Positions 11,055 to 23,100 of a stretch of DNA of 64,000 nt are shown in pieces. Origin of the DNA: Phoronis australis (taxonomy: Eukaryota > Animalia > Phoronida); the NCBI GenBank assembly GCA_002633005.1, contig NMRA01000612.1, positions 184,240-248,239 on the forward strand, in the 5' to 3' direction. Numbering within the stretch: position 1 is the first letter of the stretch; each line of letters opens with the position of its first letter. The translations under genes were made by a program, and so were the position numbers. The notes beneath the pieces were generated by a model. It did not search any database. It had not been told where the DNA came from and saw nothing but the letters and a program-made list of their open reading frames with translations.

Positions 11055-13477
11055 CAGACAACCTGGCTAGAGGGTGACGTAGGGATATCAGATGCACGTG
11101 AAGTGCTATGTTAACTTGCAGAGAAGGCCATCACGAAACCACAGATGAAGTATGCAGCACGTTTACATCTGAAATCATTGCTCTTCTTCTAAGACGACCA
11201 CCATGTTGACTTGGATAGCCCGGATGTTGCATAGCAAGCAAATGCTAAGTTTGCATTATGTTGAAGCTCAAATTTTGATGGATTGTTTGTTTTTGCGGTC
11301 TCACACTTTTAATACGCTAATTTCATTTGTCTTTGTTTATCCAACAGCTTAAAAATGCATGATTTAATAAAAAATTAGCTTACGTTTACATTTCCCCCAC
11401 CAGGATCGCGCTCGAGTATGTCGCAGTTGTTTTATTGGTAGGCCTATTGGTCGACTCAAGTGCTGAATAACCCCGACGAGAAGCATTTGTAGACGCCGGT
11501 ATTTACTTTCGAAGAAGCCACGGTAAAAATGTTACATATTTGCATTTTTAAAAAGTATAAATATAATGGTAAGTTCTTAATTGATATTTTTTATGTGCAG
11601 CTAGGTGACTACAATTAGGGTCAAATGTCACAGTACTCAGTGCAGCTCAGTGCTACTATCGGTCATCCACGCTGGGCGATCTAGGATGTCGTCAAGAGGA
11701 AACCCCAACTCCCGCGTAGTTAGAGACCGTGACCTGGCATTTGCTGATGCTTTCTGTAACTAGTTCAGTGATCAATTAAATAATACAACAGATACCACCA
11801 AAAAAATTCATGTCATGCAAGCCGGTGGGGTTGGATAGGTAGCCTGAGGCCTACATAGGCTATAGCGTTTTGGTAGTGACAGACCTGAGGTGCGAAAAAT
11901 TGGTGTTTTATAGTAGTCGAATTTAAATTCTAACGATAACACACTTCGCCCAGTTTAATTAGCTTAAAAGTAAAAATTGAATTAGGCCTTTTACTTTCGT
12001 AAAATTGTTCTCATTCCTTACCCACATTGAATGGCGTTGCCCCGAGGTCGGCGACTGAGTCACACTTGCAAGCAATAGGTACATACCGCGCCATTTGCGA
12101 ATTAGTGGCCAACCGAATTAACTCTGAAACGTTTTTTCAAGTCGGTGATTTTTTCGATGTAAGGGAAATTGAATCTTTTAATGATAAGGAACATTGCGGC
12201 TTTATGTATGGGAGTAGAAGACCTAATGTGTATTTCCTTTTTAGTCATCTAAACGGGGTGAAATACAGTTTTGGTGTATTTTCGACAAAAGCCTGTGTAG
12301 GTACAGTTGGATTTTTATGGGTTTCAGGTTACGCTGAAGCCAGTTTTCAACCAATCTATGCCCCGACATCTATAGTACGTGTTACTGTGACAATCCACAT
12401 ATTGCACTGCATACACATTTTTACCCGAACTTTGCTGATTCGGCTTTTACAATGCGAAGTTCGCATTATTCACCGTCAGTGGGGTTTCTCACTGCTCAAA
12501 TTCCTACAGGACATGTACATCACACGTTTCAATTTAGGCCTCGTTCCGGTTAATAATGGAAAAATATACATTCGAGAATCAGTGTTAATGGGTTGTAGCG
12601 ACGTTGTAGCCAGGTTTTAAATGAAGTTTAGAGAAAATGACTTACTTTGTACAACATGTGTTGTTGGAAGCGATGCCATTCATGATCAATAGCACGTGCG
12701 TGTTCCTAGGTACCACTGAACACCACAAGGGCCGCAGTGCAGATAAAGTTCCGGGCCAGCTAAAACGAATGTCGAATTAGCTGTTTTACTTTAATAAAAT
12801 CGGGTCTCATCTTACGTCTCCAAATAAGACCCATGTGCCAACTGTATGCTTATAGGGACTCGTAATTTTGTTTGTTTCCCTACCAACCCCACGTTTGCGA
12901 CATAAAAAATTTCGTGTCCTTATAAACGCTTCGTTGTCTGTTGCTTGAGTTTTGGTGAACGTGACTGACGTGGAATCCTATCACGGCGAGGAAATTACCA
13001 TGGGACCGATTTTATGAGAGGGCGAAATGCAGGTTTAATGCATAGTTTCTACTCCAGACGTGCTTGAGGTATACACCCGGCGTAAAAATCAATATTCAGG
13101 AATTTTTCATTCAGATGAAACTGTTAAAAACGCGGATTTCCATGTAGCGAAGTGGCCTCATCAACTCACCTGAGTGCATTGACATCGAAAGTCAACACGA
13201 GCGTGTATTATCTGAATGCTATTTGATCAGTGATATTGCCACATATTACTACGTGCGGGCATTTTGAATTGAAAAAAGCATGACACTCGGACATCTTAAG
13301 TGCCCATTTAATTGGGCTTCATCTTGGCTGATTCCCTTACTCATCCGACATTTTCAATCTACTGTTAAATCAAGATTTACTGAAGTATTTGTAAGCAAAC
13401 TCACAAAATAAGTCGTCAGTTTCCACGAAATTTTGTTTTTGGTTGCTTTTTATTCGGTGGTGAGCCCACTCGCGGTC

Positions 13478-13554
13478 CTCGCTGGTTAATTCCCTGCGTG
13501 TCGCTAGGTGCTAGCCAGCTGACTCGGCCGGGCACGCAGGGAACCACCGAGACT
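13478..13554. mobile_element. short hairpin MITE, copy 1
   Basis: Arms CTCGCTGGTT..CCCTGCGTG and CACGCAGGGAACCACCGAG; same family as 31264-31340. Confidence 0.7.
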
Positions 13555-15119
13555 CGCGGTCGAGCTGGTCTCGTCCCCTGCTGGTTACCAAATTTCAGTG
13601 CTCGTGGCTCTGCTCTTGAAGTACAAGTATATACGCGTGTTCGTGAAGCCTACGAGCGCATGTCTCACTAGGCAAGCGGTTTTCACAGAGGAAAATTTGA
13701 CGCAGGTATTTCGCATACTATACAATAGGCACATGCCATGAGTGTTTTCAATAAATGTCTTTTGTTCAATTCTATCACTTTTCAAACTTCAGTCGCGTGT
13801 TATTGCTGGGTTTAAGTCAACTGTATTGAGTACGCGAACGGCATAACTCTATAATTTCTGATATAAAGCTTTGCGAACATTATTTTTCTTTTTTGTCGAT
13901 GTTGTGTGATAGATGTACGCGTTAACGAACATTAGGGGAATGGTAATGACTGAATGGGGCTGCAATGAGGACTACTCAACCAATCATGAAACCAACCGTG
14001 GACTTTTCACTCCGGCTACTTGGACCCCCACCCCCAGGTTTGAAAACACATGTTGTTGGCATACGACAGTTTTAAACATGATGTCCGGAAAAAATATACA
14101 TAAATTATCAAGAAAGTCCTAAAAGGTGCTATACATTTTAAAACCAAAATAGAAATGATTCAAAACTTTTTGGAGCGCAGGCCTTCTTCAAGAAGTAGGT
14201 GAAAATCTTGCGTAGTCAATAATGCTCCATAGGATCTGATATGAACACAAAACAAATACATGTAAGTACTGAATGTAATGAACACTTCTAATGGACAGTG
14301 CGATATGGCCGTTTTTTGTTTTTTTTTTGCTATAAAGTGTGTGTTCCCAAACTAGTTCGGAGTTTTAAAGGTCCATTTCACCCTGTTTAGCTGGCTAAAA
14401 ACGAAAATGGACTATTCTTGTTAGTCACTGATGGTTTCGATTTTCATGTTGATAACGGAAATATAAGTGATAACTCCAGTAATTTCATTTCCCGTTGAAC
14501 TTTCAAAATGAAATAAAGTGAGTGATGACTCTATCTAATTAATACCACGAATTGATTTGCACAAACATTGCCCACCAATGGAAATGAGTGATTTAAAAAA
14601 GCAGTTTTAATTAAAAGTCACTTTGCCCCTTTCTTGAAGCAAAGCTCCCACCACTTTGGTGTAAAACGCTCAAGGTTAGGTATTTTTCCCCGTGTCACTT
14701 ATTATCAACAAAAAGTTTATTCAAGTTTTAATTATTTATGTGAAGCGATGACAAAGCAGACAGAACAAAGCGCCTCAAACGATATATCAGGAACATATAA
14801 CATGGCATGTCATTAAACAATTATTGCATTGCTGTTACAGCTTAACGTGACTAAAACGTTTAGTTTTCGATTATCTCTCGGAGAGTATCGCTGTGGCTCA
14901 AATAACAGTGTGACTCAAATTTACGGGTGTGTTTGATATCATCTATCGTCAGCCCTGCAGGTCAATGCTCTTTCCATTATAAAAAAATAATTGCAGGCGG
15001 TCTGATACACGTTGTACCAGAGGTGCGCAGGCCTCGCATGTGGGCCCATTGCACTGATCACCTGGAAATATTTTTATGCTTTATTAATATGTAGTTAAAA
15101 CCAAGCTGAGGAGCTATAA

Positions 15120-15215
15120 ACCTGGCTCAAGGGTTTAGCAGTGTGACATGGTGGGACTCGAACTCATGACCTCGAGTAAAGAAAGCGGGCACTTATCAAC
15201 CAGGCCACACTGCCT
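15120..15215 (-). mobile_element. tRNA-derived SINE 5' region
   Basis: Minus strand reads GTGGCCTGGTTGATAAG...GAGTTCGAGTCCC (A and B boxes). Confidence 0.6.
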
Positions 15216-18200
15216 CCTCTTTCCATTCACTGGTGCTCAGTTTTTGCCAAGTTCTGTCTACGATGGCAGTGCTTTTCTGTATTTTCCCCCAGATGATTCG
15301 TCCCAGGTTTTGTTACATGTTTGCTCAGTCGTGGTGATGACGTTACCTGCGTGCTAGTGTGGGCTTCCCTGCTTGATCTCGACAAGCACAGGGAACTTTG
15401 AGCAGATTCTAAGACTTTTTTATCAGTCTCATCACCCATACTTTCCTTTTACAATAATGGTCAATTTCTGTAAAGCACGTATATTCAAAAAAATTAGTAT
15501 TGAGTGTGGTAAAATGCTTCCTTACCCTTGGTCCTTTGTCTTATCCTCAGGGTAGACGTTTTCACAAAGACACCGCGTCAAACAGGCCCCCCGATGTAAG
15601 TTTATGGGGCATATTCAATAATTTCGCTCACATGAGAACAGTGTGACCAATTCAGAAACAGGTCGTAGTTGGTATCAGCGGCCGTGGGCGGTGAATAACA
15701 TGGCAACAACTCGATTCTGTCCCGAGTAGGCCATTCTTAGTTATTTATTTGCTTTCAGAGGACTTTGCGGTAGCTACGTTTTCTTACTTAACATCGTTTA
15801 CCCTGTGTAACTAAAATTATATGTCAATCTATCAACGTCTGCCTGTCTGCCTGCCTGCCTGTCTGTCTGTCTATTCTTAAGAGCTCATGAATATCAAACT
15901 CTCCATGAAACACCACACATGGACTGAGACCGCTTTCAATCTACTTGGTATCCCTGTTCGGACCAATTATGAAAATCTGATGCCTTGAAAATATCCAGCT
16001 AGCACGGATAATCTCATTGTCATTACTACCATTTGGTCGGATTATCGGGTTTTGAATTCAGTGACCGATTTGGGCCACCGCACATGAAAAATTACAACGA
16101 CTGAACAAAATTAAAGCATGTAAAACGCCATAATGTTAGTGTGATATAGTCAAAAAGTTTGGAACCGGGGCAATGTAAAGCAAACTAGGACAAAGGTTAG
16201 GCAAGCACATTTATAAAAGTATGGAATTCCAAGCCTGTCAACTTGTTCGCGCTTACAGGCTTTACACGTTAGCGCGATAATCTAGGCCTGCATAAATAAC
16301 ACGTTTTGGGTCAGGTTGGGTGTAAGTAACTTGTCGCTTGTTACTTAGCGAAATAGCTCCGGAAGAGCTGGAAGTTATTGTTTTTCGTTATGATCGGATT
16401 CAAGATGGCGGACGATGCGGCCATTTTGTTTCTGACTTCAGATTCAAATGCTCACAGAGGCCGCATTTCTTGACGTACACCGCTGAAAATCAACATAAAT
16501 ACAGAAGTAGAAGTAGACAAGTACTACCAATACGCCGGAAATTATGAACTTCCGGTCAAAGATGGCGGAAACATAGGCTATTGCGCATGCGCACCTCGAT
16601 TTCGGGCCAAAAACGTTTTATCCTGTAGAGAGCGCATTGTAGGACCAATGGCTTTGAAATTTCTCTTGTGTTAGATTTTTGCAGTTAGCTATGATCAAGT
16701 GCTGTTCATCCGGAAGTGGTTTACAAAATGGCGGATCTGAAGCATTTTCATCAATTGCTTGGATGCCATTTTGAAGAGGAAGAGGAAATGACGTGAATTT
16801 TTGCATGTGGTTTCTTTAAGGTATACTCTTTCAAATGAAATATAACATTTTTTCAGACTTGCCGTTTTCAAGTTATTTGACTTTAAATTTTAAAAAATGC
16901 AGTTTCATTTTTTTCAAAAATTTTTTGGAATTTTGTGAAACTATTCAGGTAGATAGAGTTTTCAACTGGCTTTCAGAAGATGTTTTTCCTTTTTCGCTAC
17001 AACGACCATTTTTTATTTATCTGGGATTTTCTGATGGCGCTGTTCCTTTGTTGATTAAATATTTGCTGCATTTTGTTGGTTTGCCTTCTTTTGAACAATA
17101 ATATATTTCTTACTCGTTTCTGACGTCTTCATTGATCAGCATGTCATTGTCATCGTCATCTCCATTGCCGCCTTTTCAGTCAATTTCTCCAAGTTTCGCT
17201 CCTCTGAGCGCTTTCACCTCGTCTACAATCGGGTCTTGTTCTACACTCATGACTTTCAACTCCGATGTCCTACATGCTGTTATTTATTATTTATATACCT
17301 TAGGTGCACTGGTACAAATATCAGTCACTAAATTAAAAATTCCAGACCTAGAACCCGGACAATGATCAACGTTAGCAAACAAACCAACATAATGACTGAC
17401 TCCCTGTCAGTTGGACATTTTTTCATTGCAAGACCATGGACGGCGCAGCACTGAAAAAAGTGGAGGATTATAGCCACTATGGTGCACCGCCCATGAAGAC
17501 CAGATTCTCATGGTCGAAGAAGGAATGCCTGGCAGGTCTTAGCCCTGCGCGTGGTGTTTTATTTTGTAAATTGTGATCTCGGCATTTCTAACATCCATAT
17601 CAACGGTGAGGCCTCTCTATTTCCTGAGATCATTTCTCACGAATTGTTTATATATCAATTCACTACCGTCTCAGTGTAATGCGTCAGCAAGACATCAACA
17701 GTAATCAGGGGATACCATTGTTTCGGGCAGAATCTGAATCAAATTCACGGTCGTATTTATAGACTAAAAAATCAACCCAATTCTCGGAATCCGTGCTGCC
17801 TACAGCGCTAACGAGTAAAAAACGAACGCAGCCATTCCACAATACCAAAGATAGGCTACTATGGTAACTATAAAATCATTAAAATACTATCGAGAACCGA
17901 AACTTTATGCATGGCCCAAACCAGTAACTATCAATACCCAATAAGCTTGTCAAATCAACGGTATTGAACTTTCAACCCGTAATGGCAATGAATTCTGTGT
18001 TCATAGCTGGATATTTTTCAGGGTTTTGGATTTCCACGATTAATTAGCTCATAAAGAGAAATAGGTGCCAAACAGATTGAAAGTAGTCTTTGTCCTCATT
18101 GGTGTTCTATCTCTGAAACTGTCGTCTTAGCACTTAGCACGGGGGTCATCGCTGTGATCATTTCTCATTGTATTGTTTGTGTTAAATTATACCAGCACCA

Positions 18201-19670
18201 TAATAATAATACATCAACACTGAATGTAACATTGTCTGAATCAAGTTCACGCCGCATAGTGAGAAGGTCAAGTGGACGTATGTACTACTGCTAGAAGTGT
18301 GAAGTAAACTACCCATTCTCGGAAATGTGACGTCATCTTGTAAATGTGAATGTTCGTTGTCTCACGAATCGTTCGCCTATCGCGCTAACGATGAAAACTC
18401 GAACCAGCTAACAGCACAGTCACACGCTTGAATTTTCCACAGTGCAGACGTTTGCTGTCTCTGTCACGATCAATAAAACAAGTTAAACAATGCCTGACTT
18501 CTTTTCTCCTCAAGAAAATGGGCCTCACAGAACTGATTAGAGAAAAAGTCAATGATTATATAGAGAACAAGAATACTGGCGCCAAATCAAGTCAACGTTA
18601 AGCAGCCGCTGAGACTTGCAGAGAGACATTTGGCCCAGACTGGCTGCACTTCTAGCAATTGAAAAAACGCAGCGGCAAACAGTTAAAAGAATTTAAGAAA
18701 CGCTGAAAACATGAAGCGCCCATAACCAATGTAGTCGGAACTGTTTTGCCTGTCACCATTGCTTCGACATTTAATTTGCTTTATGAAGACTCCTGATGTA
18801 AACATTGTGAAGTACAAAATACGTGTAACACAATGTTTTGTGAATCATTGTATTTCTACTTTAATAGTTTGGCCTTTGTGACCTTGAATGCAGTCACGTT
18901 GTCCGATATTAATAAATAATTGTTCTCATGCCAGGCACAGCGTCTCAGTTGTTGTTTTACTTCTAAACGTTTCTGATATTTTATAAAATTAAAAAGGATA
19001 TTGTAATAATCATATATGTATATATTCTCTCTGCACACTGTCTCATTACTGATCCCTTTCGGATCACTGAGGTTTGCATACCATATCCATACGAAAAAAT
19101 ATCGCTCTTTCACGCAGCGAGTCACTCACTAAAATACAGCTATCGGACTTGATGTTTTACTTGGCATGAACTCTAGTGAAAGCTGAGGTCGCGTAGCGAC
19201 TACTCATATTAACACCCACCATATGCGGACGCTGTCTACAGTTTCAGACGTATTGAAACCGGTTAACGAAATACCGTAGGACTCCGGAATGGTACTGGCT
19301 TATTTTTCATAGTAATTTATTTTCTTGCATACAAGTATTCAGTTACTGTGGTGAACGCCAAATGAACTTATTAAGGAAATATCGTGACTTGGTTTTCTCT
19401 TCTCTCTTCGTTGGATGGATCTCAAATTAGATATTGGTCTACCCTATTGAATTGATCGACTACTGTGTCTGGTGATTTTTCAGGTCTAATCTTCCACAAG
19501 TACACTGCATCCGTTCCACTGCTGACTGGATGTATCTTCCTGATGGAATTACAAGCACTACGGACCTCGTCAAGCTACGAAAATAATCCACGCAGTTGAA
19601 CTCAACTGGTGCCGGTGGGGGCCAAGCTGGATACGTGGGTATCACATCTCATGGTGATCAACGAATTCCA

Positions 19671-20154
19671 ATGTACAAGTCTGGGAAAGGGTCGAGCAAA
19701 GGCGGAAAATATGGCACTGTTAAACTGTTCAAAGTACCAACGCCTTTCGCAAGCTCAGCAAGGAACTTCAGGAGTAAAAATGTGCCGCGTCTACTCATGA
19801 CGTTAGGATTTATAGCATTAGTTATAGTTAGTCTTACACAAATGATACGTATGCGTTCTCGAAAGTTCACCAACGCAAAAATTTCGAGCCACTTCGGACG
19901 CCTTTCTAACAGCAGGACAGCGGAACTAAGGGCCATGGATAGGCGTCTGAGAGATCTGCGTGTTCAGGATGTTCCATCCATTGAAATGAATCGTCGTCAA
20001 ATACTGAACTCGGTCAACGTGGAAAGGTTCAAGTGGTTAATAGCTGGAGCACCCAGCCAAAGAATCGACAATTCTAGTACACAGCAAGCATGGAGTCATT
20101 TAAGCACGAGTGAAAACGTCACCGATTTCTGCCCTCCTGTTCCACCAGATCTGC
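19671..20154 (+). CDS. bre-4: GT7 exon 1 (cytoplasmic tail, TM, stem)
   Basis: MYKSGKG...FCPPVPPDL, GTGAGT donor; the start codon is the least certain point. Confidence 0.85.
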
Positions 20155-23100
20155 GTGAGTATATTCTATATGATGCCAATGGTAGACTCATAAAAGTAAA
20201 ATAGTTTTTGGCATTTTGATGTTACTGATTCCAATTGCTGTTTGGGACTAAAAGTGCTTATCATTCGGCAGGCATATTGTGACGATATAAACCCTGAGAC
20301 AGTAAACTGGGACAAGACGAAGTGAATCAAAAAGCTAGGAAACGAACTGGCTAAAAAATCTGTTATTTGTTTCATTTTCGCAATGCTGCCTTCACTCTAT
20401 AGCGTAGGTAAATCACTCAAGTTGTTTACATATAGAGTCGATAATGGCAATTAGCCTGAATGGACACAGAGCTGCTGTACGTGAACTTGGAATCCTGCTT
20501 AATCTCAAGATCGCGTATGCGTAAACTTGGAATTGAATATTCTGCCCTCATCATCACCCATTTTCTCCTTTAGCCTTTCTAACTTGTCTCAATGAATCGG
20601 AGGAATATGTGAATGGTTAAATCAATTATTGTTTGATGAATAAGATCGCCAATAGTTGGAGAACGGGTTAAAATTAACGTTATTTTATGAACATGCAATT
20701 TGATTTAGTGCAATGCAAATTTTTATCAACGTGAATGTGATTATTTGAGTGAACTCATAAAGTTTCCTCGTGTATTTCAAGTTCACGCGTACGCGCTCTT
20801 GAGATTAAGCAAGATTTCAAGTTCATGCACAGCAGAGCCACTTCAAATCAGAAGAGGATAAAACGGTCTCGAACACCATCTGTCACTGAAAGCAGGCTTG
20901 GTTTTGTAAATTGATCAGTTACGATAATTACTAGTACCGGTAGCTGAAATTGGCGGGAAACAGGATGTGGGTTCTAATACACGTTTGACATCATAGGCGG
21001 ATTTGGGGGGCAGCCCCCCCCCCCCCCATTGGCTGCCGTAAGCAAAAATGGAACAGCAACAGCGTGAAGCGCGAGGAAATATTGAGTAAGTAACCAGGAC
21101 GCGGAGAAGGGGATGCCCCCAGATCGCGGCGTTCCCGTTTTTTCTTTTATTTTTTTTACCCGTTTTTTATTTTTTTATTTTATTCCACCGGTTGGTTTTC
21201 CGAATAGATGGTTCACACACCCGGCTCCCGCAACTTCGGGCTCTAGCTACACATTCAATCGCACTTTGCCCGATTACCCGAGACAACATGTTGCCCCTCC
21301 CCCCCTATCGTATCCTAGGTACGCCACTGGACATGAAAAAGGCTGTCCGTCAGCGAAGCTCCATTTCCAGAGATAAAAGGCGTATCGTTTAGACAAATAA
21401 AGACGATAGAATGATCCGCACTCCTAATTAAGCCCGTCGAGTAAAAAGGTATAGATAAAGCTAAAATCAATCATTACCATTTGGAATATAAACATCGTGG
21501 AAGTATCCGAAATCAGTTGTAAGAGGCTGTGTAGATTGATAGGAATGTAGATATGTATACTGGTGTAATAGTGAGTAAAACTGGTATAAACGTGACGGTC
21601 AAAAACGTACGCTATCCGGACGAAAGAATACGAAGACACGAACAGTGCTGGATGGCGATGTCATCCGTATTACCTACGATGGCATTAGTTATATGTGGAC
21701 CCTGAGCTGTTGGTGCTTTAAGAAGGTTTTCGTGAGTAGATTCACCTGACAATCTCATATAAGTTTTCACGCTTTCCACCGGCCTCCAGTCATTCATTGG
21801 TGTACTTTTCACATAAACTTTTAAAGAATCTCACTGCCACTTAGTGGCAGAATACGAAACTACCGTGTGATAACCGTGATTTGCCTTGACCATTTTGATC
21901 TTTTTCTAAACTTAAAGATGCCATGTCTCATTAAAACCTTGAATATTCAAATTTGTATCAAGCGCCACCTAGTGTGACTTGCTGAAGAAGTGCGTGTACA
22001 AGTATAATCAGGAAAGGAATAATAAATGCAAGAAAAGAGTCCATCCGAGATTTCAGAAATTCAGGATTCACGCGCCAAGAATTCAAGACTCAACAAGGGT
22101 GTGCTGTCAAAATGGCGACACTTCCGTATCCTAGTAGCACAGGTCAGCCTCCCGTTCAGTAACGCTAGGACCTAGCTTAAAAGCAAGACTTTGCGAGATT
22201 GCGCGAGATATTGCCGTGTATTTTAAATTAGAGCACGTGACCTTGACTAGCTTTTGGCTAGGTCCTAGCGTAGGTCCTAGCGTCTACTGAACGCACGCCA
22301 GATTTCTGGACTCAGTTTACTCAAAACAACTTGAAGGAACTAATGAATACCATTTGTGGCAATCACTTCCCATTTAGTCAACAAAACTGTCGTTAACCAC
22401 AATCCACTCCATTTTATTCATTTTGGGGGGGGAGCTTCAAGGGCCCGTAACTTGGTTTTAGACCCCGAGTGAGCGGATAAAGGTGCAGACTTTGAGCGCC
22501 TTAAAGGAGAATGCCACCCGATTTAATTAGTCTTTTTTACCGTCTTAATCGGTCTATATCCACATCGTCTCGCATGCGGTCGACCCTACCTTGCCGAGAG
22601 GTGTCGCGTTAACCTGTGAGGAAGATGAGAAACGACGCAGCGACGTCAGTGGTTCATTTGCAGAGTGAATGCCGCTGTTTTGCGGTGCATCGTTCCTGCT
22701 TGCTCGAACTATGCAGCTGCGAGGAAGGTGGGTACATCGTTTTTTCGACTTCCTCGAGAGCCGAAATGCTGAGGAAAGTGGCTCGCGATAGTGAAGAATG
22801 AAAAGTACGCTGTTAATAGCATTTGAGGCCGTGAAACATCCCCGTGTCTGTGGCCGGCAGTCATCGACAGCGAGTCTGACGAATACCGACTTACCAAAGA
22901 ACTATCCATACGTTCCGTTGTCTGTGCATGTACTTCACGGCGCCTCTCTAGTATTTCGTGATCACTGTATTCCGGTTCTAACTGATAGCCTGTGGGTCTG
23001 CGAAGTCTTCGTCGGATGAACTCTCGTCTAGAAGACGGGATTCTGTTGACGTTGTGCGTTCTGTTTCATAATGAAATATTCCCGCCCTAACCAATGCTTA

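Noticed and set aside
11175-11204. 9-codon upstream ORF before REPS1
   Set aside because: Transcription start is unknown and an ORF this short is expected by chance.
12027-12620. 197-aa ORF
   Set aside because: TTG start, no recognisable motif, no splice support.
16300-16830. Cluster of AAGATGGCGG (YY1-like) motifs as a promoter
   Set aside because: Looks like the interior of a common non-autonomous repeat; no nearby gene start and element ends could not be defined.
17113-17250. Acidic exon-like segment on the minus strand ending in GTAAG
   Set aside because: Contains an in-frame stop and has no partner exons or recognisable family.
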